Of a stretch of 33,024 nt of DNA, positions 22,961 through 33,024 are shown one piece after another (position 1 is the stretch's first letter; every line of letters begins with the position of its first letter). The position numbers were made by a program, and so were the translations under genes. Under the pieces are notes generated by a model. The model was not told the DNA's origin and ran no database searches. It saw nothing but the letters and a program-made list of their open reading frames with translations. The stretch is from positions 118,629,266 through 118,662,289 of the forward strand of contig NC_068985.1 of assembly GCF_001194135.2 (NCBI RefSeq). The letters are read 5' to 3'. The DNA comes from Octopus bimaculoides (lineage: Eukaryota).

Positions 22961-23987
22961 AATGTGATAACACTAAGTATATAAAAATACACATTTACCG
23001 TTCAATTACCAGTTATTAATTATTGCAGCAGTTGCAAGGTTGCTACATATTAACCCTTAAATTAACATTTAATACATGTGCTTAATATATAAACATTTTA
23101 TGGAGATAATCTTTCTATAGTCAAATATAGTACAGGACATTTTATATCATGGTGAAGATGACAACATCACATTTTGTATATGAGTGTGTATGTGTCTTTA
23201 ATACGTACGAGATAGTAAAGGGCATTTTATACCACAGCGATGACAACATCATATTTTGTAAATAAGTGTGTATGTGTCTGTGAGTGTATGTCTCTGTGAC
23301 TGTGTTTCTGTGTTAGGTATGTTATTAAACACACACATCTACACATATGTGATGACTGACATGTGTGAATGTATGTCTGTATGTATCTCTCTTAGTATAT
23401 GTGACTATGTGAGAGTGTATGTGTGTATGAATCATCACATTTTGTATATGAATGTGTCTGTGAGTGTGTGGGTGTTTGCGTTCGTTATGTATGTTATTAA
23501 ACACACATCTACCTATACATATATATGTGATGAGAATGGCTGGAGGTGAGACTCGTGACAAAAAACAATTAGGTAGCACGTCCAAGGTATATAAAAATAC
23601 AGATCTACCATTCAATTACCAGTTCATAATTAGTGCAGCAGTTGCAACGTATTTACAATTTGCTTAAATTTGGTTAATTTACACTGCATACAAAAATAGA
23701 CATACTACATACATATAACTGCTTACAAAAATAGAGATTAATGTATATATTTTACTATGTTCATAATTTCTTGATTACATTACTGAAAGAAAAAAATATG
23801 CCACTAAAGAAAAAATGTTATCTTTCCAGAAACATCTATCAAGGAGGATTGCAGAAAACTGAAGGTGAGAGTCTCAAGATATAAGGGACATGAAACTTGC
23901 TCAAGATCAGCAAAGCATGCTAGAGCATGTCTGATGGAGTCTCAAGAGAGAAGGGAGATGACACTCAAAATCAGCTACAATTTCATT

Positions 23988-24095
<108 letters not shown>

Positions 24096-24298
24096 ATCAT
24101 GGTTTAAAATCTATCTTCCATGCATGCATGGGTAGGACAGTTGACAGAAGCCAGCCAGGTAGAAAATTTATCCAAGGCTACTGTATCTGTTTTGGCTGGG
24201 ACTTTACGGGTGGATGCATTTCCTAACACCAACCACTCTGCAGAGTGGATTGAGTGCTTTTTAATGTGGCACCAGCACTGGCAGGGTAACCAAGTAAC
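24096..24298 (-). mobile_element. RTE-type 3' end, same older subfamily as 19870-20183, opposite orientation
   Basis: Reverse complement shares gttacttgg..accctgccagtgctggtgc...tccactctgcagag.ggttggtgttagga...ttctacctggctgg.ttctgtcaac..tcctacccatgcatgcatggaagat. Confidence 0.75.
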
Positions 24299-24394
24299 AA
24301 ACAGCTGACCCTCGGCTAGAAATCAAACGGCCAAATGCTCTGTTGATATATATGTGCGTATTTATATAAATATGTGTACGCGTGTGTACATTTG

Positions 24395-24429
<35 letters not shown>

Positions 24430-24811
24430 ATGTATATGGAGAGAGGGGGAGAGATGTATGTGTGCATTTTGTTTGTTATGTGTGGGCTGCCATGGTCTCC
24501 CCCCACCTCCCCTCCCAGGCCAATATATGTAGAGGAACACTTCTATCAACAAGGACATGTGTCCTGCACCTCATTAGCCCCACCGTCCCAGACACAAACC
24601 TGAAGCATGGAAAGTTGTTAAAAGAGAGAATTTGGAAGAGCATCTGGCCATTGGAGTTATCACCAAGGGTCAGCTGTTCAAGTGGCTTCATGAAGCACTC
24701 TTTTACCACCCTCACTGCCTCCATATATATACACACTAATCTAACTGTAGAACTATTGTACAATATTCCTAATTTAAAGAAAAAACGTGTAGAGAGAAAA
24801 AGAATACTTAC

Positions 24812-24964
24812 TTAGAGAAATCTGAACTGATGTCACTTAAGAGCTTGATTGTATCAGGGGGAATGTTTAAATTTGTTGATTTCTTATTGTCACCATGTAC
24901 AGTCGTCTTCTGGGCCAGATTCATATGATTGAAGTACACATATTTGTACTGTGGTTCATTAAAA
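24812..24964 (-). CDS. CCZ1: CCZ1 exon: (S)FNEPQYKYVYFNHMNLAQKTTVHGDNKKSTNLNIPPDTIKLLSDISSDFS(K)
   Basis: Acceptor ttgttccag, donor gtaagt; 153 nt; matches human EPQFKFIYFNHMNLAEKSTVH...PDLMKILGDINSDF. Confidence 0.97.
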
Positions 24965-25056
24965 CTGGAACAATTGCAAAACAAGCAAAAACATGCACAA
25001 GTAGTATATAATAAATAATTTATCATGCATTTATCTGCATGTGAGTGTGCATGCAC

Positions 25057-25087
<31 letters not shown>

Positions 25088-26240
25088 TATTCATACACAT
25101 TAATTTCTGTATATAAGTATTTATTTAGAAATACAAGGGTGACATAAGAAGAGCATTGTGTTTCCTACCACTTCGTAGTACATCTAATTATCAATTTTCA
25201 TTTGCACTAATATGCAAATAAGGCAGACCAATTCAGTTCTATTAAAGGTTGTATATGCTGTAAATAGATATGAGCACTAATTCTTTCTGTGGATAGGAAA
25301 ATGAATGAAGCCTTAACAAATACGGAAACTAATAATCAGGTTGGTCTTCTTTTTGACAGGAAGGACAACAAAAGAAAGAAAGAATAAGTGCCACATATTT
25401 TTACAGATATATATATATATATATATACACATATGAGGAGTGATTGTGTTAACATATTTATGCAGTGATTATTAAAAATCTCATTAGAAAAAAACTATGT
25501 GGTAGGAAAAAATGATTTCAGTTCATATGTCGTCGTTGTCGTTTAACGTCCGCTTTCTATGCTAGCATGGGTTAAAAATTGATCAACGTTACATTTTCTT
25601 TACTGTACTTAATAGTAATATTTTAATTATTTGAGTGATTCCTAATATCTTTTTTTTCCTCATTATCATCAACATCATTTCATATCCATGTGTTGGACAG
25701 GTTGTCATGCTCCATGCTCTCTTGTACACACAAAATAAACCCATTAACTTTAGTTTTGTTTATCTGTTACTGTATCAGTACAAGAGAGTTGTCATTATGT
25801 GAAAAAGATTAAAGAGCCTCCCCTAACCTGCATCAGTTCATTTTAAGAATTACTACCCATACAGACATGTAACTAGTGATGTGGTCTGTGGATACCATGT
25901 CTTGGCTCTAAGTTTTATGATTAAATGAATACTGTAACAAGGACGAGGATTAAATCTAGGTTTAAACAGTTAAATTAATGCAATGAAGCAGAAATCCCTT
26001 ATAATCAATGTTCTAGGTTTGTTGGTTGCCATTGTTCAGTTTTTCTGAAATAATATTAAAAAATAAGGAAGATATGATGATTAATAAAGCAAAACTCATT
26101 AGTGATAATAATCTGCTACTTTATGTAACAATGAATGAGAAATATAGAAATAAAAGGGTGGAAATAGAGTGGGTGTGTATTTATCAAATCATTACTTATT
26201 CAGAAATATGATAGGCTTAAAATAATTTGAAGTTCTAAAA

Positions 26241-26528
26241 CAGTGTTTTCCAACCTATTTTTCCCCAGGCCCTACTATAACTTTCCAGAAAAATGTATGC
26301 CCCACTGATGGTTGGAAAAAAAAACAACAACTTGATTTTAAATATTTTATCACAATTATTTAATACAAAAGAATTTACCTGTAACTCTTTTATTAATTAC
26401 TAAGTACAGAAGAAAGTACATTACTGACTATGTAAAAAAAAGATTTCACAATTCCATGTCCCACTACAAAAATTAAAAATAAAAACTTTTTTTAATTTGG
26501 ATCCCACGCCCCACATTGGGAATTATTG
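26241..26528. mobile_element. hAT (Charlie-like) MITE, 288 bp
   Basis: Ends CAGTGTTTTCCAA ... TTGGGAATTATTG (degenerate TIRs); 8-bp flanking duplication TTCTAAAA (26233-40) / TTCTAAAG (26529-36). Confidence 0.6.
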
Positions 26529-26758
26529 TTCTAAAGATTAAATGCCAGCAAGATGAGATTGATTCAGAATGTTTATTGAGGATGGACAATAGAATTTAAT
26601 ATAATTTAGAAGTGCAAAGGTGACAGGGTGTTGTTTTCATTGACTGTGAAGAATTTTGCAAAAGAATTTTCCACTACAATATTATTTGTAGTTAACTTTC
26701 TAATTCTGCATTAAATATGTTAATACTAATTTAATGTGTGTTTATTTAAATGTTTTAC

Positions 26759-26870
26759 CTTAATGACTTTTTGGAATACTGTTCAGCAATATCGGAAGCA
26801 AGTGTTGTTAAAGTTTGTCCCAGGAATGCATCAATTTTCTTACAAGTCTGAAACGTCAGTGGTGTGTTGA
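26759..26870 (-). CDS. CCZ1: CCZ1 exon: (V)NTPLTFQTCKKIDAFLGQTLTTLASDIAEQYSKKSL(S)
   Basis: Acceptor ttatttcatgcag, donor gtaaaa; 112 nt; phases fit both neighbours; matches human PTLDFCRRLDSIVGPQLTVLASDICEQF. Confidence 0.93.
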
Positions 26871-27799
26871 CTGCATGAAATAATAATAATTATTATACAA
26901 TGTTTGTTTTTATGCCAAATTAGAATGATTAAAAATGCACACTCTATAAACATGTCTTTTTATAAAATACTCAATACTTAAATAGGTACATGCTATAACA
27001 CCTACAAACAAATACACAGATCGATATTCTTCTCTAAGAATGTCCATTTTTTAGCTAGAGTGAGATAAAATCTCAATGAGACAGAGATTTTGATGGTGTG
27101 TACAGACTGACCACATTATCGTTGTTCAAACCATACAATAGCCATTATGCTGAATATTCTCCAAAGGAAAGTGAAATATATGTCCGTCAGCCACAGTCCT
27201 TTTGACTGACAACAGATTCTACTTCTATTTTATGATTGAATGATTAACTTCAAGCAAGTCTAATAGTAAATCCCCCCCCCCCTTTTTTTAAAGAATATAT
27301 AAATGTCCAAATTTTCAAAATATCTAGTAATAAAGTGTTTCAAAATCAAAAAGCTGGCCTTTTTTTCAAGACATGTGGAAAGAACATTCTCCTCCATGGA
27401 GTTGGAACTTGGACTATGAAGAAAGAGGTTCAAGATCACCTTTATAGTACATACATCTGGTCTCTCTTGAAGAAAACATCTCATTCAAACCATCTTTTCC
27501 ACTGTTGCTCAATGCATGACAGGCTTTACTGGTCACTGCCTTCATGTTAGTCAAGAAGCCATATTAGATGTTATATTTTAGAGACTTTATCACCATAATA
27601 GAGGATGAAGACTACTCATCTACATTGAGTGGGACAGAGAATCCTGACATAGCATTATGGAACACATCTTATTTGCAGCAGCTTGAAGAAGTATCCTATC
27701 CATTCCAAGGTGGATGCAAAAGAAAGTAATCTTATAAAATTCCTTTCTGAGCTACTTCTCCATGTATCAAATTCCCACATATGCATATTAAGCTTTTCT

Positions 27800-28005
27800 A
27801 TTACAGGCACATGGGCTGATTTAGTGGGGAAGGAGTAAATTGATTACATCAACCCCACTGCACAACTGGTACTTATTTTATCATCCTTGAATGAATGAAA
27901 GGTAAAGTCAACCTTGGTAGAATTTGAACTCACAATGTAAAGATGAATGAAATGCTGCTAAGCATTTTGCCTGATGTGTTAACAATTCTTCCAGCTGATC
28001 ACCTT
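27800..28005 (-). mobile_element. Main-family tRNA SINE copy in a CCZ1 intron
   Basis: Plus strand shows gattacatcaacccc...ctggtacttattttatc...aaagtcaaccttggtagaatttgaactc...ctaagcattttgcc, the reverse complement of the family motifs. Confidence 0.75.
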
Positions 28006-28734
28006 ACATGTGTATATTAATAAAGTAAATATTTTTACACATGGATGTACTTTATGCTTCAGCAAGCTAACCATGCAGTTGAAGTTATACATAATTTCAA
28101 CTGAGTAAACATCATAGTAAAAAAAATAAAATTCAGAAAAACACTTTTTTTTAAATGGTTAAAAAGTTTAATAGGTGCATATATTCCATAAATTTGTGCT
28201 TTCTTCATTAAAATTTTATACCGTTTCAATTACATTTGATGAAATACACACGAATTGTACCACAATCAATTAAGTATGGTAGTCATCTTCTAAAAACATT
28301 GCTCCAGTATACCTAATTGCTTGTGTAAGCACAGTAATCCACAAGTCAATAATGATATAGAATCAAAAATGCAACATCATTAACTGCAGTAACTAATAAC
28401 AATATCTGATGAGTTCTAACTAATCATTTGTACAATTCCTACATTGGTTATGCTAGAGTTGCAGATGAAGAAGTTGATAAGGAACTTGGCAATCATCTGC
28501 GAGATTGGCAGCTTCTATCCTACTACTGACTGTGCATTACATCTGTAGACAAAGACACCCAACTTTCAAATGATCTAGCCAGTTTATAGAAGGGTACACA
28601 GAACAGAAACTCTCTCCAGTTCTGGAATTAGCAGTGAAGAGTTCTGTAAAAACTGATGAGAGTATTTTGTTAGCTTTCAGTACTGAATTCAAAAGTTGTA
28701 TATATACCATTTGAATTATAAATAGATAGCTTAC

Positions 28735-28880
28735 CATTAATAAACATACAAATACTAGCACTTAGTGCTCTATATACAAGCAAGTAGCATTCTTCATTTT
28801 CTTCTTCGGTATTCAAATAAACATGCGGTACCTTCCCCATATTGCTCTCATCTTTGATATCTGGTGGCCCCGTGATGAAT
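28735..28880 (-). CDS. CCZ1: CCZ1 exon: (R)FITGPPDIKDESNMGKVPHVYLNTEEENEECYLLVYRALSASICMFIN
   Basis: Acceptor tttttcgttacag, donor gtaagc; 146 nt; matches human RFLTGP...P.IFVNT...EE.HLIVYKAMSAAVCFMID. Confidence 0.95.
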
Positions 28881-29595
28881 CTGTAACGAAAAAAAAAAAA
28901 AACAGAAAAACAATCAGAAAATACTATGAAAATAGAGAGAAGACTTTAGTATGAAATAATTTTCACTGCAGTGGGCTTAACATAATTAGATTGTCAAAAT
29001 AAACATCAACATAATTAGAAAAGGGGTTTGGATGATTTGAATCCTACTCATAAGACATCAAAATGTAACTGTAATATGATGTACAGTTGTTAGCTCCAGG
29101 TCAGTTCTGATCAAATATGTTCCAGCCATGACTGCCTCATCTTTATTTATTCAGACAACATGGTCTAGTGGCTAGGATGTTGAGCTCACAATCATAAGGT
29201 TGTGGATTCACTTTCCAGACCAGGTTGGGAATTGGGTCCTTCAGTAAGGTGCTTCATTCCATGTTGCTTCAATTATTTTTCTTCTTAATACCCTTCACTT
29301 TGTGTGGTGCATAATATGCTAATAAGAGATTGGATTGCAATGGATTGCAGTTGTTCCCAGGTATAGCCACCTGCCAGAGCTTCAGTTCTCTATATTGTTC
29401 TTGACCTTTTGTGTTTCTATCACCCTTGGGTATCCACCGGAAGGCATACATGGTAAAAATGAGTTATCAGCTGAGTGCTGGTGCAGTCCTTCCTCCCTCT
29501 ATACTTCAAACTGTCATATCCTCAATGTTCCTTTGGGTCAAAAGATGGGCTGTCTGCATATAACTACATAGTCACCTAAAACATCTGACCCACTA

Positions 29596-29815
29596 TGCCA
29601 TATGGCATAGTGGTTAAGAGCGTGGGCTACTAACCCCAAGATTCTGAGTTTGATTCCGGGCAATAATAATAACATTGAAAAATACCTTAGGAATGAGAAC
29701 CCAGGTTCGAAATTTTCCCAAGACACCTGATGAAGGCTGGAGGGTATATCAGCCGAAACGTTGTGTTAACAACAAACAAGACGAGGACAAATATCCGTCA
29801 AATGTAAATAATGTT
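29596..29815 (+). mobile_element. Full-length tRNA-headed SINE with a hammerhead-bearing tail; antisense in a CCZ1 intron
   Basis: A-box-like TGGCATAGTGG (29603-13), B-box-like GTTTGATTCC (29648-57), (AAT)n linker, then a body shared with 8369-8785. Confidence 0.85.
29722..29767 (+). ncRNA. Minimal type I hammerhead ribozyme motif (Penelope-type, palindromic stem III)
   Basis: Stem I GACAC/GTGTT; core CTGATGA (29727-33); extra A; stem II GGCTG/CAGCC; GAAA (29755-58); ACGT palindrome; predicted cleavage after GUU at 29762. Confidence 0.6.
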
Positions 29816-30208
29816 AACTCGCAAGGCTTTGGTTGACTAGAGGTTATAATTGAAGGATGTTTGTCTAAGGTACCACTCAGTGTGACTGAATCCGCAACCA
29901 CTTGATTGTGAGGTAAATTGTACAACCACATAGCCATACCTGCATCAACATGTCTAATTATTTAGTTTCCTTTAACATTCTACTGCCGTAACACAATACT
30001 GCGGAAACAACCAAGCCAATGGTGAAAAGCCTTTATTTGATCATTTGATCTGTGAGAAATGACAGCAAAATCTACCCGAAAATACATGTGAAAATACAGG
30101 ATGGCAACAATTGGAATCCCTTTACTCATAGATATAATGGATTAGGTCATGCTAAGAACAACAACAAGGACTGGAAGACCAAAAAACGAAACAAAACTTC
30201 AGACATAC

Positions 30209-30361
30209 CTTCCATAATGTACCTGTGAGCTTGCAGTGACCCCAGATAGTTTGACTGGAGATATGTTTTCGGATATTAGGTTTTGTTCCAAGAAACTGGG
30301 GAAAAGCCCAGTGATCAAGTACCGGTACATGATTCTCATGTCGTCTTGCTGAAGACCGCTC
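30209..30361 (-). CDS. CCZ1: CCZ1 exon: (W)SGLQQDDMRIMYRYLITGLFPSFLEQNLISENISPVKLSGVTASSQVHYG(R)
   Basis: Acceptor ttctcacccag, donor gtatgt; 153 nt; matches human WSGLEQDDMRILYKYLTTSLFP...QHYGR. Confidence 0.97.
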
Positions 30362-30795
30362 CTGGGTGAGAAGGTGGACATGTAATGCTACACGGATCAA
30401 ATTGTGAAATGTAATATAAAAAGAAAAATAGGAGAGAATAAAAAAAAATGTAACACAGAATGGTAGGAATGAACAGAAAATATGGAAACATACTGTGTTC
30501 AGTCCATCTGTCCCAAAAGTCACAACGGTATTTTGGCAAGATTACTGAGCTGCAAGCATGGTTGTGTCCATGTAACTTTGTTTTGTAACCACATGGTTTC
30601 AGATTTGATTGTACTGCCTCATGCTGTCAGTATGTATCTTCTACTAAAACTTTAATGCCATTCTAGAAGCGGATCAAAGTGCATCAAAGCTGGAGTCTGC
30701 AGACCTCTGGGGATTCACAAAGTTAGTACAAGGGTCTGCGAGCTGAGTTCAAAATTTGTTGAGCTGACAGACCTTTCTTTTGAAAGGATGGGGTG

Positions 30796-31130
30796 CATCA
30801 TCATTATCATCATCGTTTAACGTCCGCTTTCCATGCTAGCATGGGTTGGACGATTTGACTGAAGACTGGTGAACCGGATGGCTACACCAGGCTCCAATCT
30901 GATCTGGCAGAGTTTCTACAGCTGGATGCCCTTCCTAACGCCAACCACTCCAAGAGTGTAGTGGGTGCTTTTACGTGCCACAGGCACGAAAGCCAGTCAC
31001 GTGGTACTGGCAACGGCCACACTCAAAATGGTGTATTTTACGTGCCACCTGCACAGGAGCCAGTCTAGCGGCACTGGCATGATCTCGCTCGAATGTCTTT
31101 ACACATGCCACCGGCACAAGTGCCAGGAAG
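30796..31130 (-). mobile_element. RTE-type 3' end / derived short element, young subfamily
   Basis: Highly similar to 20198-20530 including the (CAT)n tail on the plus strand. Confidence 0.8.
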
Positions 31131-31769
31131 GTGAAAAAGTCCATTTGATGGGGTGTATATAAAAAAAAAATCCATTTGAATAAAATGGGCCCTTCATAGA
31201 TGTAATATCGAGAACCACCAATATAGAGGTTCCCTCTCTTGGCTTCTATATAAATATATTTTGTAGTCATGTGGCAGATATAGCATTTTGAAATATATAG
31301 GATGATACAGAAAATAACAAGTGAGGAAAACACTCAACGTATTCAAATATGCATTTAAATAAATATGGTTTAGGCAGAGAAGAAGGAACAGTACCTAAGA
31401 GAGTGGTGAGAGAAGGGGTGGAAAAAACTGAGCAATGGATTAAGTCCAGAATCTAAGAAAACAACAGATTATCAAAATGGCTTCTTCAACATTATCAACA
31501 TATTAAAAAATTGTAAAAATATTTTGTGTATTGTAGAAGTATAATCGATTTTATGGCTGACAAATTTTAACAACAAGACATTATATGGACCCCAGTTGAT
31601 AACCACTGGTCTAGAGGGATCAGACAGAATCATGTTATTGTAAAGTGAATTCACTAAGTACATGACTATGACTGCTTTGTCTAATTAAGAAGTAATTATG
31701 AATCTGAAACCCCTTGTGCTTCCTGCTGAGATAGTTAAACCAGAGTCAGACAAATGAACTCTTACTTAC

Positions 31770-31945
31770 CACACTAACTGGTCATTATAGAGGAATGCTG
31801 TGTATTTGATTTCTGGGAATTGGGCCTCCACCTGGTTTATGAAACATTTCATGCGGAGATAGGTGTTCTTATTCAGAGGCAGAAAGTGAATTCCATCAAA
31901 AACATCAAGGATGTCACTTTGACATAGTTTTAAAGTAAGTAAATA
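31770..31945 (-). CDS. CCZ1: CCZ1 exon (most 5' coding exon in the window): YLLTLKLCQSDILDVFDGIHFLPLNKNTYLRMKCFINQVEAQFPEIKYTAFLYNDQLV(W)
   Basis: Acceptor tttttgttttgtag, donor gtaagt; 176 nt; matches human YLQTLHLQSCDLLDIFGGISFFPLDKMTYLKIQSFIN...KYTAFLYNDQLIW. Upstream exons lie beyond 33024. Confidence 0.97.
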
Positions 31946-32686
31946 CTACAAAACAAAAACAAGAAAGATAAATGAATAAAAGAAAAAACAAAAAAACAAG
32001 AGAATTGATAGAGATTGAGATTTCTACTGTCACAACTCTTCCTCAGGGCATACAGTCCTGCATTATCAAACCAAAGTCTCAGACCTCATATCTCAAATAT
32101 TTGGTGATGAATTCTGTATAGGAGAGCTTGTGACTTTTCTCAACAACTGCCTGAGATCTTCAAAGGACAAACAATGATGCCGGCTCATCTTTTTCCCTTA
32201 AGTAGGGCTCAGCAGATTGTACTTTATGTTGCCTCACTGCTTGTGAAGGAAGTGATAAAAACCAATAAATTTTAGTGTTGGGTGTGTTTTCTGAGAACAA
32301 AAGAAATGGCTCAATGAAAGCACAAAAGATATTAATTAAGGATTGGTTTAAATTAGATGTCCAAATATTGGCCACTTTACTGCAAGCTGATCATGTCATT
32401 AACTTCCAAGTGATCATCACATATAAACCTTGACTGAGATCATCACATATTAACCTAGGTATTAAAAATCATTCACAGTTTCAAATGTTATCACTTAAAG
32501 CGTTAATTTTTGTATTTTCATTTGATGATGAACATGAATGTATTCTATTATTTTTATCATTTAAGTAGTCCTGTGCAGTTTGCAGCTACCCTGAAGAGAT
32601 TAGCAGTCAGTAGGTCTTGTGCATGAATGCAAGAAACAAGTGCAAGTTAATCTGTAACATTTGTATTGGATTTGTGTATAGATGGA

Positions 32687-33024
32687 TTAGAGAGGGTCAT
32701 AGCCCAACTAATTAGGGAGCGAATCAATTTAGATGAGATGCAGTTTGGGTTCGTGCCAGGTAAAAGCACTACTGATGCCTTATTTCTAGTGAGACAGTTG
32801 CAGGAGAAATACCTAGCTAAGGATAAACCTCTGTACCTGGCTTTCGTTGACATGGAGAAAGCCTTTGACAGGGTCCCCTGATCCCTTATCTGGTGGTCAA
32901 TGAGGAAACTTGGGATAGAAGAATGGTTAGTGAGAGCTGTGCGAGCCATGTACAGAGATGCTGCCAGTAAGGTGAGGGTTGGAAATGAGTACAGCAATGA
33001 ATTCCGGGTAGAGGTAGGGGTCCA
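32687..33024 (+). mobile_element. Young RTE LINE reverse-transcriptase fragment, 5'-truncated, antisense in a CCZ1 intron; runs off the window
   Basis: LERVIAQLIRERINLDEMQFGFVPGKSTTDALFLVRQLQEKYLAKDKPLYLAFVDMEKAFDRVP*SLIWWSMRKLGIEEWLVRAV...; one in-frame TGA at 32879-81 where R is expected (CpG decay inferred). Confidence 0.92.

Noticed and set aside
24316-24815. Cluster of ORFs up to 153 aa
   Set aside because: Low-complexity YI/CV translations of microsatellite plus repeat debris inside a CCZ1 intron
28537-28761. ORF and acceptor-like site just downstream of the CCZ1 exon at 28735-28880
   Set aside because: No CCZ1 similarity; the true next exon (26759-26870) fits both phase and homology
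29596-29660. tRNA gene
   Set aside because: Only A/B-box-like head sequence with no complete cloverleaf; it is a SINE head. No true tRNA or rRNA genes were seen in the window
30665-31612. Possible hAT element spanning the young RTE insertion (gttgataaccactg end at ~31595-31610)
   Set aside because: Only one convincing terminus, with no matching left TIR or target-site duplication

Overview
AT-rich, microsatellite-rich eukaryotic genomic DNA with two assembly gaps. The repeat families resemble those I recall from octopus genomes; this is an inference, not a database result. The only securely identified gene is CCZ1 (Mon1-Ccz1 Rab7 GEF subunit). Its last seven coding exons lie on the minus strand between 31945 and 17619. 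They have canonical GT-AG junctions with matching phases and give 924 nt = 307 aa + stop, ending ...EEVKKLCSTHFNSVFFLD*. The 5' exons lie beyond the window. Most of the rest is transposon debris: RTE and CR1/L2 LINE fragments, mariner and hAT MITEs, a probable Helitron end and several tRNA-derived SINE families. The most interesting signals are (i) a tRNA-headed SINE whose tail folds into a Penelope-type minimal hammerhead ribozyme, with one full copy at 29.6-29.8 kb and a fold-back pair at 8.4-8.8 kb; (ii) inverted RTE tails forming long dsRNA in and around CCZ1 introns; (iii) repeated invariant-stem hairpins in those tails; and (iv) a tentative chain of minus-strand micro-exons downstream of a CpG-rich patch at 14.5-15.3 kb.
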